A stretch of DNA of 63,450 nucleotides, counting the filler, from Rhabdomonas costata (lineage: Eukaryota), in assembly GCA_019059605.1 (NCBI GenBank). It is 25 parts of 25 records of this genome, joined end to end, with 100 filler letters (N's around TTAATTAATTAA, not from the genome) between each part and the next. Parts side by side here need not be neighbours in the genome. Positions count along the whole stretch, not along the records: positions 12,716 to 15,187 come from JAHMHO010003390.1; positions 15,288 to 17,729 come from JAHMHO010003391.1; positions 17,830 to 20,269 come from JAHMHO010003392.1; positions 20,370 to 22,811 come from JAHMHO010003393.1; positions 22,912 to 25,353 come from JAHMHO010003394.1; 20 more parts are not named here. One strand, written 5' to 3'. A model generated the notes under the pieces. That model was given only the letters and a program-made list of their open reading frames with translations. It did no database searches and was not told where the DNA came from. A program made the position numbers and the translations under genes. Positions 13,066-25,400 of this stretch are shown here, in pieces (positions within the stretch are counted from its first letter, which is position 1; each line of letters starts with the position of its first letter).

Positions 13066-13531
13066 GGTCGGTCGCAGCCACCGCTGTGGTTTGTCCAGCG
13101 GGGTATCAGTGCCCAAGCACCTCGGCCACTCCGGTGCGTGACGGGACTGCACGGCTGTTTTTTTTTTAGCTTGATTACGCGTCGTTTATTTTTGACGCCA
13201 GAACGCCAACAACAGGAATCTTAAGGCTGTTTCAAATTCAATGTGATCAAATGCGAAATTTCCGCTTCCTCTTCTCTCTGCACAATAATGATCAGAGAAT
13301 GCCCCCATGCGTCATTGGTAGCAATCCATTTTGCTCGCTATTTAATTTCCAATCCACCAAAACTTTTGCGAGGTGAGGAGCAGGTCGCGCTCTCTCTGAA
13401 TGTTTTTTCCGACACTCGCTATGTGAATGCGTGCGTGCCCCAGACCACCCCTATTGGTTTGGTTTTGATCAGAGCTTATGCAGCAGCGGCAGCTACCAGG
13501 ACTTGCCCCAGCAAAGCAGTTGCAAGACCTG

Positions 13532-13562
<31 letters not shown>

Positions 13563-14767
13563 CCGATCCATCCACACGAATCAGTGTGCTTTGGCGGGTT
13601 TTAGTGCGCACTGTGGTCTTCCCTACTACTGGTTTTGCAGTGATTTCTCGGCGCCTCTCTATGCACTGGGTGGGTTCTGCGCGCAGCCCGGCTGGGTACT
13701 ACTGCGACCAGTACCTCAATAGTTCCTTGGGAAGCAACCTCACTGTAGCCATGCCATGCCCTCAAGGGGCGTACTGCCCGTCGGGCACCCGCTACGCCAA
13801 CCAGTACTTGTGCCCTAACGGTTTGTCACTCCCCTCCCTTCCTCCCGTCCAGGATGAAATCTTGCTCTGATATCTTCCTTCTACCCTCCACGTGCCCCCC
13901 CTCCTCCCTTCCAAACCTTAATGATCTCGTTGTTCAGCTGCTCGTCGAGCTTTCAAATTCTGAAAGACAACGCTAATCTTAAGGTCCCATGCAGAAGCTT
14001 TCCTGCGCGGAATTGCACAAACGCGGGGCAGCCGTGTGGCTGTGACATGCCTGCGAGAACCATCAGGTGCTCGACAGAGTGTGCCCCAGTTGGCTGATGT
14101 GTTGCAAACTTTACAGGTACTTTCAGCTACACCACCGGCCTGCAGAGCTCGTCTGAGTGCTTGACATGTATGCTCATGTTCGAAACCGTGCCCGTACTCC
14201 TGCTCCCCTGTGCACTTTAAGTGCACTGTATTGTGGAACGATATTTGGAATGACTGAGAATATTTTGGACCGAGAGAGAGTGAATTGTCAACCTGCCAAC
14301 AACTTCTGTTTGAGACCTTTAATTCGATGAGCAAGGTGCCCCATGTTCCCAAGGGGCTTTCCTTCACTGTGGATTTGGAACGATGTTCGAGATTGAATTA
14401 CCCCGCAACAACCACACAAGCTTGTTCCATACCCTTGCAACGGCAGTGCCGTGGACCTCGACAAGGCAAACTCTCCTCGACAAGGCAGTAGATGGCGCTG
14501 CTGCTGCCTCATGTTCCAACTCTCGCTGAGTTTGTGTCACATGCACATGCGCACAACTGGAGGTGCGTGTGCCATGGCCACAGGTTTAGCGGGACAGTAC
14601 TGTGGGTCCCCTGGGCTCACCTCGCCCAGCGGTCTCTGCGCAGCCGGCTACTACTGCAGCGGCGGAGCCGCCACCCCCACCCCCAGCGCTGCCATGGGGC
14701 TGACAGGAGGGGATGTGTGCCCCCAGGGGCAGTTCTGTGCTTCTGGCACAGCCACCCCTGAGCGCTG
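13066..14767 (+). CDS. Internal exons of a large Cys-rich GCC2/GCC3 (CPxGxYC) repeat surface protein
   Basis: Exons 13066-13133, 13473-13531, 13687-13820, 14117-14167 and 14584-14767 join in phase: CPAGYQC, CSSGSYQD..C..CPAGYYC, CPQGAYC, CPNGTF, CLAGQYC, CAAGYYC, CPQGQFC. Confidence 0.93.
13532..13560. repeat. (GT)14 microsatellite beginning at a splice donor
   Basis: Perfect GT run. Other microsatellites lie at ~12367-12382 (GC)n, ~34157-34193 (GC)n(GT)n and ~59262-59311 (CA)n. Confidence 0.95.
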
Positions 14768-15743
14768 GTGTGCTTCCCTAATTCCTCTTTAGGAAAGGGC
14801 ACGGTAGGGGTCACAACCAAAGCACTGCAAGCACTGTTTCGTTAAAAATGTCCAAAAAAAATGTGCAAGAGACTTTTCTCAGCAAGGAAAGGAGAAAAAT
14901 GCTGAAATAGTGTTCCACCAGCCCAGGGGTGTATAGGGATATTTTTCAGGGTTTGTGCCTGTTCGCGCACCTTGTTGGTGAACTTGTGTTTTTGTGTTCA
15001 TATAGCACTGTTGCAACACATTTCCGGCGTCATGTATGATCCCGCAGTGTGGTTTGTGGTGTTGCCTTTCATGCATTGTTACGCAGCTACAACGGAGCAT
15101 TGATGCGTGGGTGGCGCTCTTGAGCTTAAACAATTTGAATTTACACGAATGGTGTAAATTGTGTTAGAAACATTACGTGGGAAGTTTNNNNNNNNNNNNN
15201 NNNNNNNNNNNNNNNNNNNNNNNNNNNNNNNTTAATTAATTAANNNNNNNNNNNNNNNNNNNNNNNNNNNNNNNNNNNNNNNNNNNNGTGGTGGCTCAGA
15301 ATGTGGGGGCAAACCACACTTTGCCCCCACATATGTCGTCGTCTTTTCCTGTAGGCTTGTTTCGTTTCTTTGAAAGCTGTCCTTTTATGACGCGTGCGAG
15401 GGTTTTTGTGGGTCTCTGAGTGAGTGCTGGGGGGGACCGGATAAGCCGGTGCCGCCGCTCGATCGTCCGTGTGGTTTTCTGTCTCTTTTCCTGCTATATT
15501 GTGTGGCTGTACTTTCTTGTTCCAGCCAACGGCGGACACAAACTAAAGCTTGTCATGTTCATACGAGGGTTGTGCCGGGATTAAATATCCGGGCCTTTTT
15601 GCTACGTTCAGGTTTAGCTCCTGGAAAGGTAAAGAGAGAGTGTGTTTCAGGCACTTGTGGCGAGCAGTACGATTATTTACGCTGGCGGTTGGACGCTTCT
15701 AGCGGTGAGCATTGTTTAACTGCTACACCTGTGGACTCTGCAG

Positions 15744-16145
15744 GACTGGACTGGACCGTGGAGAATGGCTCCGATGTGGAGATCATGCAGCGCCTCAGCT
15801 ACGCCAAGGCGTCCCGCTCTCCCGTCAGGTTGTGTATGCTAATAATAGGATGTGGGTACTTGTGGTGTTCCCGGTTGACTCCTGTGGTCCTGTCCGCCCG
15901 TGGCCACTCATCCTTCCACCGCTGCTGATGCGCATAATTCTTCGGGGGGGTTTCCAGTGGTTTTCAATGTGTTGCGAGGAATTTAGCCGTTCTCTTTGTT
16001 GCACCTCCTAATGTTCTTCTAGTTGAGGTCCCCGGTGGTTTTTCCCCTCCCCCACCACCACCCAATCAGGTGGGTGTTGGCAGTTCCTGACAACTCCTCG
16101 ATTACCTCGGTGAAAGACCTGGAAGGTCTCACCATCAGCACAGAG
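15744..16145 (+). CDS. hisG: ATP phosphoribosyltransferase, internal exons
   Basis: Exons 15744-15828 and 16070-16145 give GLDWTVENGSDVEIMQRLSYAKASRSPVR|WVLAVPDNSSITSVKDLEGLTISTE, matching the HisG G.DW..E / LAVP....DL.G..I.TE pattern. Confidence 0.88.
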
Positions 16146-16984
16146 GTCTGCTTGTCCATGGGCGTGACTCTTACCCTTCTCTCGGCCTTTCCATTGCCTT
16201 GCCCCTGTTACCAACCACCTGGTGGCCCTACATGTTTACAAGGATAGAATGGTTGATGGGGGGGGGGGGCGGTATTGTTTTTATTGTGGAAATGGCGGTA
16301 AAGTTTTACGGTGTCAAACACTTTTTTACTTTGGTTGTGGGAGTGGGACAGGCGACGCAGTGGGCAACTGAGGCGGCGCAACGTTTCGTATGTCAGAGGA
16401 CATACAAAACGACGTTTACACCGTCAGTCGTTTAAGCCCCCCCCCCCCGAAAATACAGCAGCCCAATTGTGAACGTGAGATAGCGCTCAATGTCAAAAAT
16501 AGAAATTTTTCTGCAGGAACTTCGAACATTCCCCGCCACAACCTCCGGCGGCATCGCGGACTTGCCTCCGCCTTAAACCAAGTTTCTCCCCAACGGCTAA
16601 GTTTGCAAACAATCCGGTGGGGGTTGTGCAACAAAACTAAATTAGCGCGGCTGGCCGTGACTGAAACTGCCAATCACCGAAGCCTGGGTGACGTTCACTG
16701 ACGCTTGGACAAGATTCTCAGTAGAGATGGAAAGTTAACGCAAGACACGGTCTGCGAGATACTCACAGGGAAAAGTTTTAAGTCTCACAGGGATCAGAAG
16801 GCGATACACGGGTTAAGGCGAACGGCAAACAAAGCCTTCACTTCAATGCGATGCAGGGCCATAAGTCCACCGCTCATCGTCGTTGTCACTAACCGTTTTC
16901 CTCACGGCCATTTCTGAGGCTTCCCCACGTTTGCTTTCCCAAGTTTCTAAGCAGAAAAAACAACTCAGCCGTCCCCGATAACAC

Positions 16985-17263
16985 GGTATGGGCGGGGAGT
17001 GGGAAGGCACGCTCCTGAGCGGACTGCCGGACCAGGCTGCGATGCACCACAACGAAGTCCGGGTCTTCTGGTGGGGGTCTTCCCGGGGGCTCTCCAAACC
17101 TCAAGTACACCCCCAGCCCCACGAACCCCGGCGGCGGGACGGGCGCCCACACGGTGTAGTCCAGCTCCAGCTTGGAGCCCTTGTCGTGCCACACCATAGC
17201 CCAGCGCAGCGGGGGGGCCACCACCCCACTGCAGTCCCGCACCACCCACAGCTGCGTGCTGCC
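16985..17263 (-). CDS. Exon encoding a Vps62/DUF946-like repeat
   Basis: 93-codon AG/GT-bounded exon: APPLRWAMVWHDKGS....TVWAPVPPPGFVGLG...GEPP...VVVHRSLV. Confidence 0.8.
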
Positions 17264-17852
17264 CTGAAAAGGGTTCAGGTTTCAGAGGTAGTGAGGTCAA
17301 ATGGACAAGTGGAGACAACATGAAAATCGGGAGAAGCACACACGCACACGCACACACACACACACTTACACACCAACAAGCATTGACCCAGTTCTCTCAT
17401 CTGCGGAATGACGGCAGTAGCGTTCTATCAGAAGATCAGAAGCACTGCGACAGTACAAAAGAAGGAGAAGCTGTCCCCCACAGTGTTCGAAGGAGAAAGT
17501 GTCGCTGTGTACGTTGGGCGCATGGCGCGCTGGCTGTTGCCTGATTAACTCCCAGTGACCACTGTGGACTGACGGTCGCACGCTGTTGGCTACAGGTGCT
17601 CGCGAGAGGTATAACTTCGGAACTAACGGTGCCGGCTCACCGCCAGACGTTCCACATATGGTGACTTCCCTTCTGCACCGCAGGTCCCAGGCATTTGTTG
17701 TGTAGTTGTTCTTTTCCTAACACCACAAANNNNNNNNNNNNNNNNNNNNNNNNNNNNNNNNNNNNNNNNNNNNTTAATTAATTAANNNNNNNNNNNNNNN
17801 NNNNNNNNNNNNNNNNNNNNNNNNNNNNNCTTCAAGAGGGCCTCTCCATCAG

Positions 17853-19382
17853 GCAACCTGCAGCGTTGAAACTCCCGCCTTCAAGTGGTACGCTAGGTTT
17901 TGTGTGGCGTAATACTTTGCTACCAATGCCGATTTCAGGAAGTTCACGCGCACCCATGAAGCACTCTGCCATGTACTGCGGGATCTGATTACCAGCATCC
18001 ACCTGCTAGAGCTTCGGAGTTTTAGTGATACCAACTCTAGGCGCCATGACTTGGCCTATGTGCGCGAGTGGCTTGAGCACAACTTCGACCACCCGTTGAT
18101 GCTATGGGACTACGAGGATCTGGAAAACAGTATCCGCTTGGGGCAAATGCTTCAGGATGCGGAGCAGCAGTATGAGTGATTACGTGCAATTATGAGAGGG
18201 TCAGACTGCAGCGAACAGCATTGTCTGTAAACTACATCGCAGGTACAGGATGTCTCAAACCCCCGAACGCTTTTTGAGTTTGATGACTACTTTGCCTTAT
18301 TAGATTTTGGCCGTTACAACACGGCTCTTATTAGACGTGCTGGACAAGCAACTGCCGCTCAGTTGCACGGGTCGACCCCTCACAGTGGAGCCACCATCCG
18401 ACGATGCCATTAACCGAGATGATATGATGCGCTTGCGTAAGGCGGATCCGCCGTGGTGCTTGAACAACCACGAACGCTGGGTGGTTTTCGACGCGGAATA
18501 CTTCAGTCTCAGCGAAGAGTGGAGCAAGTCCATCGGTAATAACCTTGCCTATCTCGAGCACACTTGAGACCTCCGCACTTCCATGCAGCACATGTCATTG
18601 CAAGAAGTGCATACTCTCAGCCGAGATGTCGGAAAGAGCTCCAAAAGTAGCGCAGAAATCCTATGGCTACGTGAGGTGGTGTGGGATTTCATGACAACCG
18701 ACGGCCGTTCGGTCGTTTGGGATGCGTACGAGGTGAGCATGCCCATCTCTTTCGCCGAGCTCAATGACCCCGCCAATCATTGTGGCACCAAGGACCAACA
18801 AGGGGCAAGGTATAATACATGCCATGGGACGCCCCTTTGGTTCCAACACTCTTAACGCTTTGCCAGCATTCCGCAAACTCGCCTACTTCTGCCGATCAGT
18901 TGCTGCGCGAAGGTTATTCATCAAGGGTCCCACACTCGAAGGTGACCGTGTCGCAAGTTGGTTGAATATTGCAGACCCGGAACTTAAGATCTCCATCCAC
19001 AGCTCAACGGATTGGCGTTACGTTGCACCCCGCCATCGCGGAGAGCAGAAATTGCAGCATTATGTCCGAGAGGTTCACGCCCGCCTCTCCAAACACGTTC
19101 ACGCCGCTCGTGAACGTCAAGGCAAGCGCTGGGTGTCCCTGATGCATAATGAACATTGCTCGTCAGTGGAGTGCATGTACTACGCTACGCACTACAAGTT
19201 TAAGTAGGATGTGCAGAACTTTGAGCTGCAGCGGAACTTCCCGTCGTACCGCATATTCCGCGGTATTGGAGTGCGAGGCGTTGCGACGGCAGGTACCCTC
19301 TTTGGAAGATGAATTCCTGCCAGCAGGCGCTGTTCGCCTGACGGACGATGTCTTCCCACCTCTTTCCAAAGAGCAAAAATAA
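17853..19382 (+). pseudogene. ~500-codon intronless decayed ORF of unrecognised family, probably internal to an LTR element
   Basis: Protein-like frame broken by isolated stops (TAA 17910, TGA 18177, TAA 18228, TGA 18565, TAG 19205) and frameshifts near 18305 and ~18840. No splice signals are needed to follow it. Confidence 0.6.
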
Positions 19383-20049
19383 ACACTGTGACGCCGGTGA
19401 CGCCGCTTGTCTTCTGGAGGTTGCTAGTTTGTGGTTGTCAAGGATCTTTCCTGGCAGTTGTGTACGGCTCGTACCCTTCTTCAGGTGAACCTTTTGAGCT
19501 CAAGAACAGCTGCCAAAGTGACCGAGTACTCTCCTGGAAGGCGCCGCTCGCCTTCAGGTTCGTGCTGCCCTTCTCCCTCTAGAAGTGCAGTCCTAGCTTT
19601 TTATATAAGAATTTCTTTTTCAGCTAGGGTTTGCTGCCAAGGGAGTGGCGGGACACCTCGGGCGAAGCAACTCCCAAGCCCGAGTTCCCCACCCCCCCCT
19701 CCCACCTCCTCCTGGGTAGCCGGGTCGGCCCACCACCATTGATATGCCCGGAATCAGCAATAGCAGCAGCGCAGCAGCACGGAGAGAGCCACAGAAGTCC
19801 CAGGTAGCAGCGCTCCACCCCCATAGACACGCAAGCACCACCTGAGGGCGGCAGGTGGCCAGGCGCCCTTCAAAGGCGGAGTCCGCAGGGTACCACCTGC
19901 TGGTCGAGGCCCCCACTCCACCAGAGGTTCCTCCCAACACCCCCCCAGCAACAAACTTAATCTGTGCAAGGAGTTTGTCTAGCGGTTTATAGTCGGAAAA
20001 CTACTCCTTACCAATCCGGTTCGGACGACGTTTTCCGGAGTAATTTCCT

Positions 20050-20269
20050 AGGGGGGAGGGTGTCACGAACCGGCTTGGTAACCGGCTACCGTGATGGTTG
20101 CTTCGTCCGGAAACCCGGAAACTAAGACCAATGGATGCGTACTGCCGCTAGGTCCAATCTCAACAATGGATCGGGATGAAATCCCCCATGGCGTAGCCAT
20201 TGGGATGAAGCCGCTCTTCATTCCCGGCGACCGCCTAGGAGCAAAATGCAAGCAGTGATAAAAACCAAC
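20050..20269 (+). mobile_element. Polypurine tract + start of a 3' LTR (gypsy-like)
   Basis: AGGGGGGAGGG (20050-20060) is immediately followed by TGTCACG (20061). The LTR is truncated by the contig end. Confidence 0.65.
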
Positions 20270-21127
20270 NNNNNNNNNNNNNNNNNNNNNNNNNNNNNNN
20301 NNNNNNNNNNNNNTTAATTAATTAANNNNNNNNNNNNNNNNNNNNNNNNNNNNNNNNNNNNNNNNNNNNTTTTTTGGTGCTCTCGAGGTCTTTTTTGGAA
20401 CGGGTGTTGAACCATTTAACCTAATAAGGTTCAAAACTATGGTAGACTTGGACGCCAGAAAATCCCCTTCATGTGCCGATTTTGGGGCACAAGACTACGA
20501 AAACTCCCACTTCCCCCCAGACAAGGTCCTCACTTCAGCCATCCCGTCTGGGCGCGCCGAGGGCTGACCTACAGCCGCCCAAATAACTGCCCCATTAATC
20601 AGAAATCTTCAGGAAACCGTTCGCCTTACCCGGGCAAATTCACCGAAGTCAGCTCTTTATATAGAAATACCGAGGAAACGCACCTCAACACGAAACTTCT
20701 AGTATTGGTAACAAACTGTTCAACAACGTTAAACACCCCCGGTGCTTTCGTTTTGCTTTACAGTGGGTCATCCCGGTCCAGGTACCCACCCCGTCGACCA
20801 GTCAGGATCCCTTGCACCTGTCACTTGTTCACTTGTATCACTGTCCGCGGCCTCACAACAGCTTTTCAAGGCCATATCACACCCATGGCATACTAGCTTC
20901 ACGCACACTCTTTGTGGCGGCTGGCTCCGGTGGCACTCACCAGCACTCACCAGCCTTCAGTCCCTGATCGAGCTTCTTTTCTCAAGACACAGAAGTTAAT
21001 GGTACTGGAGGTCTCAAATCACACTCCTAATGTCAACGGCGGTCGCCGTTGAAGGATGACCGACGCTCCTCGTCGGGAGGGTGTCATTTCTTTTTTTGTC
21101 GGTCGTCGTTCCGTCCCACTGACCGTC

Positions 21128-22425
21128 ATGAGAACGCTTCGCCTCACTCGCTGCAGGTGCAGGTGCTTGTGTTGGTTTGTTCTTGTCTTTGCTGCTAGGT
21201 TTTACTTGAGGGATCAGGAGGTTGAGTCCTGGCTCTCTCAGCTGCCTTCGGAGGCTCTAGATACTCTACGAAACGTGGGTACGTGCTGTCTGCAGTGGAG
21301 TTAGGTGGTTGAGGCGCGTTGGGACCGCCCTTTTGCATTTCTTCATTTTCTGCATTGGCTTGAGAACCGAAACAGAACGTTACCTATGCTGTATGCATTG
21401 GAGATGTTGGCTCGTGTAGCAGGTGAGGATCGGCCTTTTTTTACAATCGTAAACAATTGTAAAAAAGCATGGACTTGTTATGGACTTGTTGTAAAACAGA
21501 AGAAAAAATGTGAAAAAATTGCGATACTGATCCGTCCCTGGCCAGGTGAATACCACATTCCTCGTTTTCTGCACACTTTACCGTGGTTTTGGATCTTTAG
21601 TTTTGGTGGCACTTGCTTTTCAGTGGCCAATCTTCTGGAGTCGGAGCAGCCAAAATATCGCACATTGGTCACCACGACGGACCGCTTCCGTGACAGTGCC
21701 GGAAAGCACCCCGCGGCGATGAGTGTGCTTGCCCGCCTGGGCTTCCAGCAGAATGTTAAGCAGGGCACCGCCTCCATTGTGGGCAAACTGGATGAGCAGG
21801 TGTTCCTTTCGCTCTTTTTGCAAATGCATGTCTGATGTCCGTTTTTTCTTCCTTTTTCGTTCATTTTGAGTAGAGTCGATTTCTTTCTGCCCGGGTCAGA
21901 AGTCAAAAAAGAAGCACCCCCGAGGGATAGGTTTGCTTTGAAATAAAACCTAAAATATGTTTCTTTTTTCGATTTTTTTTTTCTGATCTGGCATTTCCGG
22001 GGCTTTATGCTGCTGGTGTCCAGTCGACGAACAACCACACACACACACACACAAATATTCAATCGGCATATGCACTGTCCCAGTCACTCAAACCACCAAA
22101 AAACCACCAAACTATTTTGGTGGTTTTTTCTGACTGGACACAGAGCTAGGATGCTAACTAACTACTAACTACTAACAATTGTTCAGTGACATGCACTCTT
22201 ACTGAATGCCGCTGGCAGATTTGATGCGGAGTTATCTGACCACTCGCTTTTCATTAGAGAAGGAGATAGAGTAAGCAACCCTTGATCAACAGGCAGCACC
22301 ACTCCTTTTCTTAAAGTTATCCTGTTCCGTTCACCCGCGTGCAGGTGATCCTGGGAGTTTTTCATGCACTGGAGCGAGCTGTCAGCGCAGCTGTCCAGAA
22401 GGCTAAAGATGAATCCTTGTTATAA
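21128..22425 (+). CDS. Complete 121-aa stand-alone PUB-domain-like protein
   Basis: Exons 21128-21156, 21199-21278, 21624-21799 and 22345-22425 (TAA), in phase: MRTLRLTRCRFYLRD...EALDTLRNVVANLLESEQPKYRTL...FRDSAG...AMSVLARLGF...VILGVFHALERAV. The N, KYR and L...GF positions fit PUB. Confidence 0.75.
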
Positions 22426-25400
22426 TTTATCCTCAGAAGTTCCGTGCTGTGGGTCATTGAGAGATTAGATTGAGCGGGAGCGAGCTCCGTCGACCGTGGC
22501 TGGCGTGTGTCTCCTGTTCCTTCTGAAAGGTAACAGGCACCCGATCATTTCGCCACGACCAGCACACTGTTGGTTTTCACTTCGGCTGCAGAGACGACTC
22601 TGTCGCACGCTTTTCATTTGTTACCGGTTTGGTCCGGAGAGCGAATCTCGCGCCCCTATGGCTCAATTTTTTAATGTCATTGAGCTGTCCCCCCATTTTG
22701 CATTACAACTGGATGATGCGGATGACGCTGACGATTTTCATGAGGTACCGAGGGAATGGGGCCACAAATGATAGACTGAGTTCTCGCCGACTTCCAGTGC
22801 CCCCAACAACCNNNNNNNNNNNNNNNNNNNNNNNNNNNNNNNNNNNNNNNNNNNNTTAATTAATTAANNNNNNNNNNNNNNNNNNNNNNNNNNNNNNNNN
22901 NNNNNNNNNNNCTTTCTGCAGAAAGAAATCCATTCTATGTGGAGACATTTTGTACACCGCACGCTAGGAGATGATCTCCTCAGAAAAAGTTTGCACACGG
23001 CTTTTGGGGTCGTTCCGACAGGAATGCCAATGAAAAGGTTCCCACGTATATACCGAAGCGGGGAGCAACGGAAGAGAACCCCCCCTCCCGGTCCAGGGCA
23101 ACAACAACTGGCAAAAACAACAGAGGCGGTCAATGCCAGACTAGCGTGCAAGCGCTTTACACACAGAGGCAACTTCACAACGAATTTCCATTGGGGGGGG
23201 GGGGAAGTCACTGCCGTGGCTTCTCAAGGAAACATGAAAAACACAGGCAGGATGGAACAGGCAGGACAAAAAGTTCGAAAAGGTCTGCAGAGGGTATGCA
23301 ATGGCTTGCACCCAGTCCCCTCTCCCCATTCCCCTGTCATCCAGCTGCATCCTTGCAAAAAGTACCCGCCGGGGATGTCTTCGTCGCCACAGCAGCCAAA
23401 GCGCCTCCACCACCTCCCACAGGCCTCAACCCACCGTTAATCTCCGTGATTTCCTTCAACGGAGTAAAGGGTATTCTGACACGCGTCACTTTGACCAATC
23501 CGCGGGTCCTCTGCTCGGGCGGGGGTCAGCAAAATGAGCAAAGGTGGACGGAGAAAAACAGCGCGGCCGGCAGTGCCCCATAAAACGGTAGTGGACCTCG
23601 TTGCTTCGGCTCCCACCACCGATTTGAACACACTACCGATCCTCCTAGCCGTTGAGAAACCTTTCTGCACAGGTCGTGCTAGGGGCCCGAGCCTCGGAGG
23701 GGACCGCCCATCCCCCGCCCCCTCATAAACACCACGGCGCGTCCCTTCCCTATACCTGCATACAATATGCACAGACGCAGTCAATCGGCAATCGGCCCAC
23801 ATTGACATCTTAGGAGGTTCCTCAAGTAGCCCGATCGAGCCCTGCTTCCACCCACCACAGCCACCTATGGGGAAGGATACCCACTACCCAGCTCATCCGG
23901 GATATACAAGAACCCTAGCATGCGATACTCCAGCGGGCCTAGGTCCTAGACCTAAGATAGAGAGGATCCCCCGCAGCTCCTATGTAAGCCTCACTATGAG
24001 CCGGGGGAGGGGTATCCCCCCTCCTTCCACGTGTGTATTGGGGGCCTGGGGTCAAGACGATTTATATTTATTCGGAACCCGTGGACACGTTTGCTTGCTG
24101 GCTTGTTTCGTGATTACCCATGTTCGTTGACCCGAACTGGCAAAAGTTTCTAACTACCCGCGTCAGACCGTTAGACGGAGCACTGCCCGAGAGGACAGCC
24201 AAAACGATAGATCCGTCGTAAGTCACGGAGGAGAAAAAGTAGAGGCAACGGATAGACACATTCCACACCCCACTCCTAAACCACACCCATACAACACTGA
24301 TGGTATTTGAACGGACAGCGTCGCGTCCAACGGATGTGTGTGTGTGATAATCTCTCGCCAGGAGCCTTGAGAAAGGCGACAAGGCAAGACGCAACACAAC
24401 CCCAGAAACCCACCCACCCACATTGACGGACTGACTGAGGCAATTGATAAAACCCCCAAAACATCCCGACCGCCTCACGTAGTTCAGGTGGTACGGGCGA
24501 TGTCACTGAAAAGCAGTCCGCAACCACTTCCATCCGCGAAGCGGAACGGATGTCGGTGTCTGGGAATGCAATTTGTCTTTTATTTTATGCGCAGGGAAGC
24601 AGATTCAGAAAAAGGAAGCGCACAAGACTAAAGTATGCCTGGTGTGCGTATGTGTAGGTGCACAGGTGGATAGTATGCGTCACGGCAAGGCAGGGCTGGA
24701 ACAATTGAAAAATAAAAAGGGGCCTACGCTGCTTATCATCTCAGCCCAACCACTCCATCATATCCTATCTCAACCCTCCCTCCTCCCCCTCCTACTAAGC
24801 TCATTGTGGCGGACAGCTCTGCCCTCGAACCCTGTCACAGCCTGGACGAGACGCTAAGCACAGGGGAGCTTTCGTCGGAAGGCAGATCGGGCAACCTCGG
24901 AGAGGTGACCAGCGGAGGCAGGGCATGACGTCTCCTGCGACACACAACCACACACGCATCCTTGCAGTGGCATCGGCCGAAATATCCACAGCTCCACTTA
25001 TTGGGCGACATTTGTGCGACATTTACGGATCGGTAAAAATACCTTTCAAAACCCTTTGCCCTCCAGCATCCTGTCATGTCGCACCAGTCGTTCAAGAGGT
25101 TCCCCCGACCATCCCATAAAATGATTTTTTGGAAAATAATTAAGCATACTGCAACAATTCCTCCTCTCCGCTTCCCCCAACTTTCGCGGACGAATCTCGC
25201 ACCACCGACTTCGGCAGTGCAGCATCGGCCTTCATGCAAACATGGAGAATTAGTCCCTAAAAGACGAATAAACTGACAACAACCCGAAGGCGCTTGGGGC
25301 CCTCTCGCTCCGGAAGCCATCGCGCAACGACACACAGACCCAAACAACCCAACNNNNNNNNNNNNNNNNNNNNNNNNNNNNNNNNNNNNNNNNNNNNTTA

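Noticed and set aside
2549..16145. hisD + hisG as a histidine biosynthesis cluster
   Set aside because: They are on different contigs that appear to be ordered only by length, so co-occurrence carries no linkage information.
17853..19382. In-frame stops as evidence of stop-codon reassignment
   Set aside because: All three stop types occur together with frameshifts. Host genes (hisD, SQOR, PUB) end in TAA and have no internal stops.
22912..25353. Possible short minus-strand exons near 24290-24533 and 24835-24936
   Set aside because: Splice sites are plausible, but there is no homology support.
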